Source: a virus | Virus record (IMG/VR): IMGVR_UViG_3300045988_104412 | Reading direction: 5' to 3' (one strand) | DNA: 64,000 nucleotides | In this document: piece after piece, positions 22,774 to 32,506 of the stretch | How positions within the stretch are numbered: the first letter of the stretch is position 1 | Layout of the letters: each line of letters opens with the position of its first letter | Translations under genes and position numbers: made by a program | The notes under the pieces: model-generated | What the model was told of the DNA's origin: nothing | Seen by the model: only the letters and a program-made list of their open reading frames with translations | Databases searched by the model: none

Positions 22774-23460
22774 TTAGTCATGTGTCGGATGTTCGGCAAC
22801 CATATATCCGTCGTTCGCACTCGTATTCTTATAGCGCCTTGCGTCGTTGAGTATACTCGTAAGGTTCGCTATCTGCTTTTGCTGTTCAGCAATGATGTCG
22901 AGTAGGCGTGCGCGTTCCTCGCTGTGCCGTTCGTCAGCTTCTATGCGTTTAGATTCGAGGTCGAGCAATGCTTTCATATTTCTATCACTTACATTGCCTA
23001 CTATTATCATTTTCCCTTGATCTGAGTCGGGAGCCTGAACACAGATAGGAGAGGCGTTGTCCGTATTTTTGTGCTCTTTTTCATCAGAAGATACAATACC
23101 TGGTACCACAGATGGAATTATCGTAACATCCAAAGGGTCGAGAAGCGCACGACTGCCAGCCTTACGCTCGGTAACATAGCCGCCGTCAGGAGCAAATATG
23201 TCGCCTTCTTGTGGCTGTACGTACATTGCACTCCGCGTTGGATCACTATCTTTATCATAAAAGAAAGCTGAGATAGGCACTTGGAAGGTGTTGCAAAAGC
23301 GCAATATACTTGATATCGGCATAGGACATCTGCCTTGTTCCCATAGACGCAGACTGTTGTTTGATGTAGAACCGATAGATTGCAGAATAGTGTTGATCTT
23401 TATCCTGCCGTTGACCTCCATCCACCTACCGAGGAAGGAATAATTGTATTGGTACTTCAT
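22774..23460 (-). CDS. HTH (XRE-like) regulator with coiled-coil C-terminal half; repressor candidate
   Basis: INTILQSIGSTSNNSLRLWEQGRCPMPISSILRFCNTFQVPISAFF; divergent from the 23589 gene. Confidence 0.6.
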   Translation of the reverse strand: MKYQYNYSFLGRWMEVNGRIKINTILQSIGSTSNNSLRLWEQGRCPMPISSILRFCNTFQVPISAFFYDKDSDPTRSAMYVQPQEGDIFAPDGGYVTERKAGSRALLDPLDVTIIPSVVPGIVSSDEKEHKNTDNASPICVQAPDSDQGKMIIVGNVSDRNMKALLDLESKRIEADERHSEERARLLDIIAEQQKQIANLTSILNDARRYKNTSANDGYMVAEHPTHD

Positions 23461-23531
23461 AACTGAATTGTTTTAAAACGACATTTGTATGTTAAAAATC
23501 GTAAATATTGAAAATAAACATAGGTTAGCTA

Positions 23532-23566
23532 TTGTTTATTTGTATTTTAATTCTTAAATTTGCAAC
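23532..23566 (+). promoter_or_regulatory. conserved promoter cassette, copy 2
   Basis: TTGTTTATTTGTATTTTAATTCTTAAATTTGCAAC; TAAATTTG at 23555-23562. Confidence 0.65.
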
Positions 23567-23588
23567 AAATATAGTGAATAACTGAAAA

Positions 23589-24080
23589 ATGACAAAGGAA
23601 AATCTCGAGAAAATAACCACACCATTGCAATCTTTGGACGTTAAAGATATTTCGGTGGAAGAAAAGAAATCGTTGTCTGATTTTATGCAGACAAAAGGCT
23701 TCTCTGTATCCACTTTTTATCTGCGTTTCTTTAAAAATGGCTTCTCTGTTTGGGAAATCATCGGCATTAATGAATGTAAAAAACAATTCTTAGCTATGCC
23801 AGAAGTAGCCGAGCTATTATTGTCGTATGTAGGAGACGAAGCGCAGGGAGACAAGGGTTATCTTTATACTTTGGCTAAGAGCGAAAAGGCTGGTGTTTTC
23901 TACAATTGCTTTAAACGTGCCAATACTGGACTTTGCAAAAAGTTCTTCGACTTTATGAACGAGCGCGGTATGAGCACAGGTACTGTTATTAAGCGTTTCA
24001 CCACCGACAACTGGAAAGAATGGGAGGCTAACGGTATCAAGAATTGTCTTTTGCAGTTTAACCTAAAACCTACTAAATAA
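23589..24080 (+). CDS. hypothetical protein with internal duplication (Cro/antirepressor position)
   Basis: KGFSVSTFYLRFFKNGFSVWEIIGINECKKQF and RGMSTGTVIKRFTTDNWKEWEANGIKNCLLQF are paralogous segments. Confidence 0.55.
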   Translation: MTKENLEKITTPLQSLDVKDISVEEKKSLSDFMQTKGFSVSTFYLRFFKNGFSVWEIIGINECKKQFLAMPEVAELLLSYVGDEAQGDKGYLYTLAKSEKAGVFYNCFKRANTGLCKKFFDFMNERGMSTGTVIKRFTTDNWKEWEANGIKNCLLQFNLKPTK

Positions 24081-24085
24081 AAAAA

Positions 24086-24754
24086 ATGATAGATATTACT
24101 TTAGATTTTGAGACTTGTGCGCTTGCGCCTACGGCCGCCGTGATGAGTGTCGGAGCAGTAGCTTGGAATCGTGATGGAGACAAATCGCCTTTCTTTAATG
24201 ACAATGGTGCCGTTAAATACCCTATATTCTCGGCTCATGTAGACCTTCGGGGAATGTTTATTGAGGGTTTTACTTTCGATGAAAAGACCGCCGAGTGGTG
24301 GAAGCAGAAGAGCGAAGGTGCGAAAGCAGCCGTTCTTGAAAGTGATGACGACGCTACGCCATGTTCGCCAATAAAGACTGTTGTAGCCAATCTTTTTGGA
24401 TGGATTAAGGAAATCAAAGAAGCATTGCACGATCAGGACGTCTGCCTTTGGGCGCAAGGTTCTGATTTTGACATAGCCATCTTACGTAACATCTGTTATA
24501 AGTTGGGCGTGGAAGTTCCAGCGCATCACGCCAACTTCCGCGACCATCGTACGTTTATCTACGAAGCAGCTCGTTTGATCTGTAATGCCCGTGGAGTATT
24601 CTATCATCCGAGCAAGGCGTATGACCTTGTGGATGATTATAAGAAGTTGGAGCAAGGTGCGGAGCACGACCCGGTATTCGACTGCAAGCGTAGTATATAT
24701 TCGACGTGGCAGATGATGAAACGTTTGAAACGGTTGAAGTACCCTGACGAGTAA
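24086..24754 (+). CDS. DEDD-family 3'-5' exonuclease
   Basis: ITLDFETCAL (ExoI), GSDFDIAILRN (ExoII), HDPVFDC (ExoIII H-x4-D). Confidence 0.7.
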   Translation: MIDITLDFETCALAPTAAVMSVGAVAWNRDGDKSPFFNDNGAVKYPIFSAHVDLRGMFIEGFTFDEKTAEWWKQKSEGAKAAVLESDDDATPCSPIKTVVANLFGWIKEIKEALHDQDVCLWAQGSDFDIAILRNICYKLGVEVPAHHANFRDHRTFIYEAARLICNARGVFYHPSKAYDLVDDYKKLEQGAEHDPVFDCKRSIYSTWQMMKRLKRLKYPDE

Positions 24755-25113
24755 TGAAACAGTCTATACATCGTAAGAATTTCCACCGCATTGCCTATAC
24801 CGAAGCCTTGCGTGATGACGACTGCAACCTTCGTGTACTGCTCTTTCACGCCCCCTTCGCCTTAGTGAAGGATGTGTGTCAAAAGATGTTCACAATGATG
24901 CGGGGCAATATAGGAAATATATTAGTGAAGAACGAACATTCTTGCCGCGTGAGAAACGGCAAATGCTATTGGCGCGTGGCGGTAGAGATAATAGGTCTCA
25001 ACGAGAATATCGTGTCGTTCACGGAGTTCGTGCTTATGATGATAAGTTGTATGCGAAGAACAGCCAACTGCACTATCCGTCACTATCGTACCGAGACGTT
25101 TCTGAACTTATAG
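24754..25113 (+). CDS. hypothetical protein
   Basis: 119-aa ORF, ATG overlaps upstream stop (TAATG); composition unremarkable. Confidence 0.35.
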   Translation: MKQSIHRKNFHRIAYTEALRDDDCNLRVLLFHAPFALVKDVCQKMFTMMRGNIGNILVKNEHSCRVRNGKCYWRVAVEIIGLNENIVSFTEFVLMMISCMRRTANCTIRHYRTETFLNL

Positions 25114-25141
25114 TGAATAAACAAATGTAAAATAAAAGAAC

Positions 25142-25265
25142 AAAGGACAGCATGGCGATGGAGGTAACGGCAACGTCCTCCTATAAGTAAGCCTTCCAGT
25201 GTGGACGTTAGAGCCTCGGAAACTGGTAACGCTGAAAAAGTTTGGCACATCGCCGGCTGTCCTTT
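25142..25265 (+). ncRNA. 124-nt multi-stem structured element upstream of the primase-helicase gene
   Basis: Closing helix AAAGGACAGC-at-GGCGATG ... CATCGCC-g-GCTGTCCTTT; inner AACGTCC/GGACGTT helix; followed by TTTTT. Confidence 0.4.
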
Positions 25266-25284
25266 TTAAACAATAACGGCAATC

Positions 25285-28200
25285 ATGTTCTTTCACCCGA
25301 TATTAAACCGCCTTGCCAACATCGACCTGCACCTTCTCGTGAAGCCTGCCAACGAGCAGCGCATCGAGGGTCAGACCGCGTGCTTCTGTCCTATCTGCAA
25401 GAATGGGCAGGACGCGGATGCCGATGTTAAGCAGACGCCTCATTTCATTATCTACGAGAATGAACGAGGTGGACTGTATGACGGCAATGGCGTTGACGGC
25501 AATCGGCTGTCTGAGCATGGTGCCGTAAGATGGAAATGCACCCGGACTGGCAAGACCGGCTACGGAGCTGTTGAATTGTATGCAGCGAAGATGGATCTCC
25601 CGATGCACGGATATAGTCTTCAGCGCATCTGTCAAAGACTTGTAAGGGATGTGTATGGCGATACCGACGAGGTGCGCCGTGCCTTCCCCGAAGTGTTTGC
25701 CAAGATGGACTACCGTACCCAGGCACAGCAGACCATCGAGACTTTCTCTTTCATGCCGAAGACCGACTTCTCGCCACAAGAGCTTGCAGCCCTTGGGTGT
25801 GAGGTGACGCTCGACAAAGGATTGCCTCGCTTCGGCTTTGGCAGCACGTTCACGCCCGACATGCTCAATAAGGACTTCCGTATCTATTCCCTTCTGAGCG
25901 TAACGCTGCCCGACGTGATACGCGACGGTCAGCATGTGAGCGAGATTATTCATGGCACGCCTTGGAATCCCTTGTTCGTATGCTTTGCCTCGCAGGAGAT
26001 AGGTCCGCAAAACTCATACGGATGTTTCTTCCGTCCGGCAATGGCTGGCAGTGAACCGATAGTGTTTTCTACCGCCGAGGAGCATGGCGTGAGGAAGGTG
26101 AGCAAGTGGCTCATGGGCGACAACGTGTTTGTTCATGCAATGGATAATCGCAAGAGCGACAATACAGCTGTTCATGCTGCCATCCAGAAGTTCGAACCGA
26201 CGGAGAAGTATACCGAAGAAAAAGAAATATGGGTAGAACGTGAAGACAAGAATGGCGTGGGGAAAGGAACTTTTAAGCAAGAGAAGAAGAAGATTCCTAC
26301 CGCTCAAATAAAGGCTCGCAATATCGTCTTTTGTCGTACTCCCGAAGACGCATTGAGCGTGTATTATGCCATGCGTTCCTTGCGCCTTGACAAGATGGAA
26401 GACCAGCACTTCCAAGACTTCTGTTGGTATCACGTGGCGTTCTCCATCGGACGGAGAAACTTCTGGTACATAGAGCGTGGCGAGTGGAAACGGGAGAATA
26501 TTGACTTTAGCGGTGTGCAATATCAGAAGATGAACCGTTTTGCCGAGCACGTCATTATTCTATACCCTAACGACATTGCCTCACAGCGCGACTGTGGAGC
26601 TATATGCACCAAGTTCAGCTCATTGTATTATGCAATGCTGCCAGAAGGTTTCCGATCGCGTTACTGCCGACGCTGGCAATGGCTGTATGGCTGCTCTCCC
26701 CGAAGCGTGCGCGACTATCTGCTGACGTACACCATGAATGCGGAAGAGAACTTCCAGTTCGACCATGACCTTCGCCTTCCACTCTACTCCCGATTGCGTG
26801 GAGCCAGGAACACGGAACCATTCGAGATCGAATATCTCCGTGACCCTCGAAGCGGAAAACCAAAGCCACCTACCTGCAAGGTGTCGCCTACGCGATTGTG
26901 GCTCTTTATGACCGCTCACGGATATTATCGCATGATAGACCCCGAGAGCACCGACCTTGTCGGACAGTATATCCACCTGAACAAATGCTTTGTGGAGTAT
27001 ATCGACGCAAAGAGTATCATCCAGGCAGCAAAGACAATGCTATTGGAATATATAGAACAGGCATGGCGGCATAGCGACAACGAGCGACGTTTAATGTCCG
27101 ACTGCGCTAATATGGTGGACAAGACCTTCACGGAGAAGTCTGCCGGAGGTTTGCAGAGCATGGTGATAAACTTTGCTGATGCCTTCAATGCCAAGACGGA
27201 GTATTTTTACTTCAACAATGTAGCATTGAAGATAACACCCGACAGCATCCGCACGGTGTCTTACGACGACATAAACTTCTTCATCCCCTCGCTTGCCAAG
27301 AAGCCGTATGACTTCACGATGCGAGTGTTCAAAACACCGTTCACCATCACCGAACGACAGGAATACCGCGACCGACTGGAAGCGATAGACAAGAAGGAGA
27401 AGATGCAGAATGAGGACGGGTCGCCAGTTTTCACCTACGACGAGATAAAGCAGATGCGTGGCGACCTTATGGAATGGGCTCAGACATACCGTTGGGATGT
27501 CAACTGGCAAGGACAGCAAGAAAAAGACCTTTGGCCTATTCTGCGCATAGTGCGCGGATTCTCAAACACCCTTTGGGAGCGAGAAAGAGACGTGCAACGT
27601 AGCAAAGAGAAGCTTACTGATGACGAGCGAGCCGTAATAAACGCCCATTTCGCCAATATGCTTTCGGGCATAGGCAGGCTTTGTTATCGTTCATGGGAAG
27701 GGATGCAGAACGTCTGCCCTTATCTTCTTGAGGATAATATCGCCGACGAGAAACAAGCCTCTGGTGGTAGTGGTAAGTCGGTATTGGTAAACCTCGTGGT
27801 TGGTTCGGCTGTCAATGTGTTCTGTGTTGATATGAAAGACTTCCTTACCGTTGTCGATGCAAAGTTCTGTCTTTCCGACTTGCTCATATATCCCGGCAAA
27901 TATCGGGTTGTACACTGGGAGGACAAGCAGAAGAACTTTCCGCTCAAATACTTCTACAACAAGATTACCAAAGGTACGAAGGTTGAAAAGAAATTTGGCG
28001 ACCCCGTTAGTCTGAAGATGGAAGACTCTCCGATGCACGTCATAACAAGCAATAGTCCGTTGAGCGACGACGACCCATCTACTATAGGTCGTTTTCCTCT
28101 GGTTAGTTTCTCCGACCGCTTCGCTCGCGAGAATCCTCAAAAGCGACAGCCGGCGCGATCACCATCCGACATTATGAAGCGTTTTGATACCGACCCCGCC

Positions 28201-28953
28201 AAACTGACTGACACCGACCGCAACCAAGCCATCTACATCTGCGCCTTGGCAGTGCAGTTCTTGATGCGCTATCACACCTTTGCCATTGCACCGCAAGGCA
28301 ATGTGCGTCGCCGTCAGATGGTGCAGAAGCTCACCGAGAGCATTGTCCGCTACTTCGAGTGGTTCTTCTCTCGCAACGAGGTTTACGGAGTGCCTATATG
28401 TACCGATGATATGTTCAACGAGTTCATGCGCGACTGGGCAGATGCCTCTGAGGGTAAGTCGAAGGAGTATAGTCGAGCCACCTTCAAGAAGAAGATATAC
28501 GACTATTGCGAAAATATGTCGATAACGTGCAATCCTAAGCATCTCTTCGAGAACGAGAGTGACAAGCAGCGCAAGTGTTTCAAGCTGCAGGCTTGGGTTA
28601 CGCAGGAATACTTCACTGGGCGCGAATGGGAGAACGACAATACCATCGAGCCGAAGTTTATCCGCTATATGCAGACTTCCAAGCACGTCTTCTTCTTCTT
28701 CCGTCCTGGCAAGGATGCGATACCGAAGGACTACCGCGAGCTCAAGCGCATAGCAAAAGCCTTTGCCGAGCAGCCTGACCCTCTGCCTGACCGCGATGAC
28801 GATGGTAACATCATCACGCTTACCGACGAGGAAAAAGAACGCTGGGAGAACAATAAGACACGCAAGCAGGGTAGGCGTATGGCGTCGCCTCCGGCAATTA
28901 CTACCGCCGCAGCTGTTACTTCGGACGTAAAGGAGGAGGATCTGCCGTTCTGA
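25285..28953 (+). CDS. primase-helicase: N-terminal zinc-finger region and C-terminal P4/D5-type SF3 NTPase
   Basis: CFCPICKNG zinc motif; Walker A ASGGSGKSVLV; VVHWEDK; HVITSNSPL...RFPLVSFSDRF typical of P4-alpha/D5 C-terminal domain; ends EEDLPF. Confidence 0.7.
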   Translation: MFFHPILNRLANIDLHLLVKPANEQRIEGQTACFCPICKNGQDADADVKQTPHFIIYENERGGLYDGNGVDGNRLSEHGAVRWKCTRTGKTGYGAVELYAAKMDLPMHGYSLQRICQRLVRDVYGDTDEVRRAFPEVFAKMDYRTQAQQTIETFSFMPKTDFSPQELAALGCEVTLDKGLPRFGFGSTFTPDMLNKDFRIYSLLSVTLPDVIRDGQHVSEIIHGTPWNPLFVCFASQEIGPQNSYGCFFRPAMAGSEPIVFSTAEEHGVRKVSKWLMGDNVFVHAMDNRKSDNTAVHAAIQKFEPTEKYTEEKEIWVEREDKNGVGKGTFKQEKKKIPTAQIKARNIVFCRTPEDALSVYYAMRSLRLDKMEDQHFQDFCWYHVAFSIGRRNFWYIERGEWKRENIDFSGVQYQKMNRFAEHVIILYPNDIASQRDCGAICTKFSSLYYAMLPEGFRSRYCRRWQWLYGCSPRSVRDYLLTYTMNAEENFQFDHDLRLPLYSRLRGARNTEPFEIEYLRDPRSGKPKPPTCKVSPTRLWLFMTAHGYYRMIDPESTDLVGQYIHLNKCFVEYIDAKSIIQAAKTMLLEYIEQAWRHSDNERRLMSDCANMVDKTFTEKSAGGLQSMVINFADAFNAKTEYFYFNNVALKITPDSIRTVSYDDINFFIPSLAKKPYDFTMRVFKTPFTITERQEYRDRLEAIDKKEKMQNEDGSPVFTYDEIKQMRGDLMEWAQTYRWDVNWQGQQEKDLWPILRIVRGFSNTLWERERDVQRSKEKLTDDERAVINAHFANMLSGIGRLCYRSWEGMQNVCPYLLEDNIADEKQASGGSGKSVLVNLVVGSAVNVFCVDMKDFLTVVDAKFCLSDLLIYPGKYRVVHWEDKQKNFPLKYFYNKITKGTKVEKKFGDPVSLKMEDSPMHVITSNSPLSDDDPSTIGRFPLVSFSDRFARENPQKRQPARSPSDIMKRFDTDPAKLTDTDRNQAIYICALAVQFLMRYHTFAIAPQGNVRRRQMVQKLTESIVRYFEWFFSRNEVYGVPICTDDMFNEFMRDWADASEGKSKEYSRATFKKKIYDYCENMSITCNPKHLFENESDKQRKCFKLQAWVTQEYFTGREWENDNTIEPKFIRYMQTSKHVFFFFRPGKDAIPKDYRELKRIAKAFAEQPDPLPDRDDDGNIITLTDEEKERWENNKTRKQGRRMASPPAITTAAAVTSDVKEEDLPF

Positions 28954-28987
28954 TTGGAAAAAGTCAAACTTAAAATATTTATAGAGT

Positions 28988-29452
28988 ATGAAGTTATACC
29001 GATATATGTCCGTCGACGAATGCAGTCAGTTGGTTCGTGGCGAGACATTAACAAACACAACTGATCACAGCTTGACTCGCGGCACGGCAAGCACGGCAAA
29101 AGGTTTCAGTTTCGGTATCGGAGATTCCGAGCAGGCAAAAAAGGACTTACGCAGGTTGCGTGGAATTATCCGTGCTGAAAGACTTCTGGTGTTCGAGCCA
29201 AAGGACATTTCTAAGTTCACGCCATGTCAGGGTCGGTATGTTGATTACGAAAAGATAGATTCCGAAGGTAAGTGCGTTGACGACTATCCTATAGACGGAA
29301 TGCCTTGCAGGATGTTCGACGAGTATTGCATTGAAAGTTATTCGTTGGACGACATTGAGTGCGTTGATTTGGTTTCCGAATGTTCAGTCGTTCCTTGCTA
29401 CCCTGAAGAGGTCTTAAGGGTGTATGCCTTTTTGAGGAGTTTTATAAGATAA
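28988..29452 (+). CDS. hypothetical protein
   Basis: 154-aa ORF, Cys-rich C-terminal half. Confidence 0.55.
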   Translation: MKLYRYMSVDECSQLVRGETLTNTTDHSLTRGTASTAKGFSFGIGDSEQAKKDLRRLRGIIRAERLLVFEPKDISKFTPCQGRYVDYEKIDSEGKCVDDYPIDGMPCRMFDEYCIESYSLDDIECVDLVSECSVVPCYPEEVLRVYAFLRSFIR

Positions 29453-29479
29453 TACAAATAACAAAAAACAATAAATAAT

Positions 29480-30085
29480 ATGGCAAGTTACAATGGTAAT
29501 ATCGACCTGCTTTCGCTCAATGGCGCGCAGGTGTTCAAGGGTATCGACTCGAAAAATCCTGAGCGTGTGTACGTCTGCATTCCGGCAGGCTTGAACGAAA
29601 TTAAAGTGGAGCAGGCTCCTAAAGACCCTGCTCGTACATTGGCTAAGTTGCGTGTAAACATCTGGCCACTCAACGAGCAGTACAAGGCTAAGGTGCGCCA
29701 GGCTGCTTTGGAGCGTGGCGACAGCAACGTGACCGTACCGACACACGAAATGCAGATGTCTTTCTCGGTTGACTATATCAAGGACATTGTACGGAAGTTT
29801 CCGAAGCTCGTAGAGCAAGTGAAGGAAGCCAACAAAGAACGCGACCCCGAGATTGTAAACCAAGACCCCACCGACGAGGAGACTCACCTCTTCAAGGCTA
29901 TCCGCCAGCGAATGAATAAGCGTCTGGCCATGCTCTATCAGCCACAGCCGGCGCAGCATCCGTCACCCTATACAACACCTAATGTGGGCGTAGCAGGTGC
30001 AGCCACTGGATATGTGGCACCAGCCGAGAGCACCGACCCACTCGCCGACTATACCGATGCCGACGTAGGTGATCTGCCGTTCTAA
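29480..30085 (+). CDS. candidate ssDNA-binding/replisome protein with SSB-type acidic C-terminal tip
   Basis: Pro/Gln-rich linker then ...DYTDADVGDLPF stop; sits between the primase-helicase gene and dnaN. Confidence 0.45.
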   Translation: MASYNGNIDLLSLNGAQVFKGIDSKNPERVYVCIPAGLNEIKVEQAPKDPARTLAKLRVNIWPLNEQYKAKVRQAALERGDSNVTVPTHEMQMSFSVDYIKDIVRKFPKLVEQVKEANKERDPEIVNQDPTDEETHLFKAIRQRMNKRLAMLYQPQPAQHPSPYTTPNVGVAGAATGYVAPAESTDPLADYTDADVGDLPF

Positions 30086-30139
30086 TTCAAATTGCGCAAT
30101 GCGCAACAATTCAAAATTCAAAATTCAAAACTCAAAAAT

Positions 30140-31330
30140 ATGAAACTTCAAGCCCAATCATCACGCGCTTTTCACGCAGCCCTTAACAAGTCGGCAAAGT
30201 GTATCGGCTCAAAAAATCCAATTGCCATTTTCGACAATGTGCTGCTGACCTGCAACGAAAGCGGTCTGTTCTTTCTTACGTCATCTACTGCAGAAGCACA
30301 GCTCACCATCCCGGCACCCCTTTCGTTGTGCGGTGGCAAGTTTGAAAAGCCGATAGTGCTGCCCATCAAAATGCTCAGTTCGCTGTTAGGCACGCTGCCC
30401 GACTGCGTTGTTACTCTGGATGTAGAGGAGGGTGGCTCGTCGTTCACCGTAGAGTATTGCACCGGCAGTGGCGACAACGTTAAGTCGGGCAAGGCTAAAA
30501 TGGCATATTTCTCGGGCGACGAATACCCCCAGATGTTGTTGCCCAAGAGTGAGGCATCGACAATCATTTGTCTGCCTTGTCAGTTGTTTCATTCTGTTAT
30601 AGATACTGCGGACAAGTTCGTTCAGATAGACGAGTATCGCCCCCAGCTTTCCAGCTTGTGCGTAGACATTGCTGACGACCGCTCAGAGGTGGTCTTTGCG
30701 GCTACGAACGGACACACGCTTGCGAAGATAGTACACAGCAATGATCCGCAGAAGGGCGGTAGTGATTTCTTCCGTAGTGGCGAGCCTCGCAAGACGCTTA
30801 TCCTTCGCAACTACTTCCGTACGTTGTCTGCCTTTGACGGCTGCGAGGAGATCAGTATCGAGAACGACGGAAACACCATTCGTTTTTCGTCGGGCGACAT
30901 CGAACTTATCTGCAAGCACATGGAGGGCAAATACCCTAACTACAACGGCGTAATTCCGAAGTCCCATCCTTACTTCGTCGTATTTGAAAAGAAGGAAATG
31001 ATTGACATCCTGCGCCGTGTCAGTCTTTTCTCAAATAGCGCAAGCAATCTTGTCAAGGTAGAGAAGAACGGCATCTTCATCAACGTTTCTGCGAGTGATA
31101 TGGATTTTGCTATGTCCGGCGAAGACCAGGTGCTCATATCTAACGCAGAGTGCCCCGACAATTTCCGTATCGGATTGAAGTCGTCGGCTTTTCAGACCTG
31201 CATCAACTCCATTCCTTCAGACACCATCCGTATGCAGTTGCACGACTCTATGCACGCCGTAGTGCTCACCGCCGACACACCTGCGCCTAAAGTGATGACG
31301 CTTGTGATGCCGATGGTGCTTGACGACTAA
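30140..31330 (+). CDS. dnaN: DNA polymerase III beta sliding clamp
   Basis: N-terminus ...IAIFDNVLLTCNESGLFFLTSSTAEAQLTI and ~400-aa three-domain length fit DnaN; ATG 30140 preferred over TTG 30092. Confidence 0.8.
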   Translation: MKLQAQSSRAFHAALNKSAKCIGSKNPIAIFDNVLLTCNESGLFFLTSSTAEAQLTIPAPLSLCGGKFEKPIVLPIKMLSSLLGTLPDCVVTLDVEEGGSSFTVEYCTGSGDNVKSGKAKMAYFSGDEYPQMLLPKSEASTIICLPCQLFHSVIDTADKFVQIDEYRPQLSSLCVDIADDRSEVVFAATNGHTLAKIVHSNDPQKGGSDFFRSGEPRKTLILRNYFRTLSAFDGCEEISIENDGNTIRFSSGDIELICKHMEGKYPNYNGVIPKSHPYFVVFEKKEMIDILRRVSLFSNSASNLVKVEKNGIFINVSASDMDFAMSGEDQVLISNAECPDNFRIGLKSSAFQTCINSIPSDTIRMQLHDSMHAVVLTADTPAPKVMTLVMPMVLDD

Positions 31331-31362
31331 TCGATAATTAATAACTAATAATTAATAATCAA

Positions 31363-31995
31363 ATGGACGATACTCTACTTTTCATTCCGCCTTGCTGCGT
31401 AGACACCAAGCTGCCCAAGGCGGTCAACCAGGCGCCCCACCGTCAGCTTACGTTTTACACACATGGCGACGTGACGGTAGAGAAATTCTATAAGGCAGTG
31501 AGCCATCTCGTGATAGACTCGCACGTGATGGTGCTCACCATGCCTTGCCCCAAACTGGAGACTTTCATGTTTCTGGCGCAGTGCTTTGAGCGGGGGTGGA
31601 TTACCCACCTCGTACTCTCCACTGTTTACTCATGCGATTCTTTGTTGAATAAGCACCTGGGCGAATATGCAGACCGCATCATCTATGCACAGAGCGATGA
31701 TGTGAGTTTTTTTAGCAGTCACATGGTGCTTTACAACAAAGACCGCGCCTTGACGCTCAGCGGACCGATGTTCGATCGTCCTCAAACCGACGCGGCTCTC
31801 GTGTCCTACTCTCTCGTGTTCTATCCCTCCCACCTGCTAAACTCCACAGCCGACTGGGGCAATTCTCTCCGCAATATCCTCTTCCCCGACGTTCTGCGTC
31901 AGCGCAAGAAGATGTTTGCAGGAGGCGTAAAACGAATTAAAGATAAGGAAATTGACCGATTTATACATCTTGAATTTCCGCCCATGCGGGAATAA
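31363..31995 (+). CDS. hypothetical protein
   Basis: 210-aa ORF. Confidence 0.55.
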   Translation: MDDTLLFIPPCCVDTKLPKAVNQAPHRQLTFYTHGDVTVEKFYKAVSHLVIDSHVMVLTMPCPKLETFMFLAQCFERGWITHLVLSTVYSCDSLLNKHLGEYADRIIYAQSDDVSFFSSHMVLYNKDRALTLSGPMFDRPQTDAALVSYSLVFYPSHLLNSTADWGNSLRNILFPDVLRQRKKMFAGGVKRIKDKEIDRFIHLEFPPMRE

Positions 31996-32007
31996 TGAAA
32001 TACCAAA

Positions 32008-32319
32008 ATGAGACCTTTAACCCAATCTTATACAGAGCTGCGTCGTTTCGTTGAAAAATGGCAATGGGACGACCCGCGTACGGGATGCCGTGTGACGGGA
32101 TTCAATCCTCCGCAGACGGCGATGAATGTGCAGCGAATGCCGTTCTACATCAGGTTTCTCACCAAGACCGGACACGTAGTTGCCGGCATGTGCATCTGCC
32201 TCGCCGTAAACACCGACCGTCATCAGCGCAAGGTGCAGTTCGTCGAGAGTGGGGAGATAAGAGTTGTGAACGACATACTCGTGCTTGAAGTGGACGGCAC
32301 GAGATTTATAACGCATTAA
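32008..32319 (+). CDS. hypothetical protein
   Basis: 103-aa ORF. Confidence 0.5.
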   Translation: MRPLTQSYTELRRFVEKWQWDDPRTGCRVTGFNPPQTAMNVQRMPFYIRFLTKTGHVVAGMCICLAVNTDRHQRKVQFVESGEIRVVNDILVLEVDGTRFITH

Positions 32320-32434
32320 TAATTGTTTTTTCGTAATATCATCTTGGTTGGGGAGAGCCCCGACATTTTTAAAGTTTGCGTAATAATTTACTCAAATTGT
32401 TGTAAAATTTAGTTTTTCAAGTCTTTTGTATTCT

Positions 32435-32506
32435 GTTCGCGAGAATAGATATAAAGTTAATTTAATAATAATAATTGTTTTTTCCCCTTCGGTTCGCGAG
32501 AATAGA
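32435..32506 (+). repeat. identical 15-mer GTTCGCGAGAATAGA twice, each forming a GCGA-tetraloop hairpin
   Basis: Copies at 32435-32449 and 32492-32506. Confidence 0.85.
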
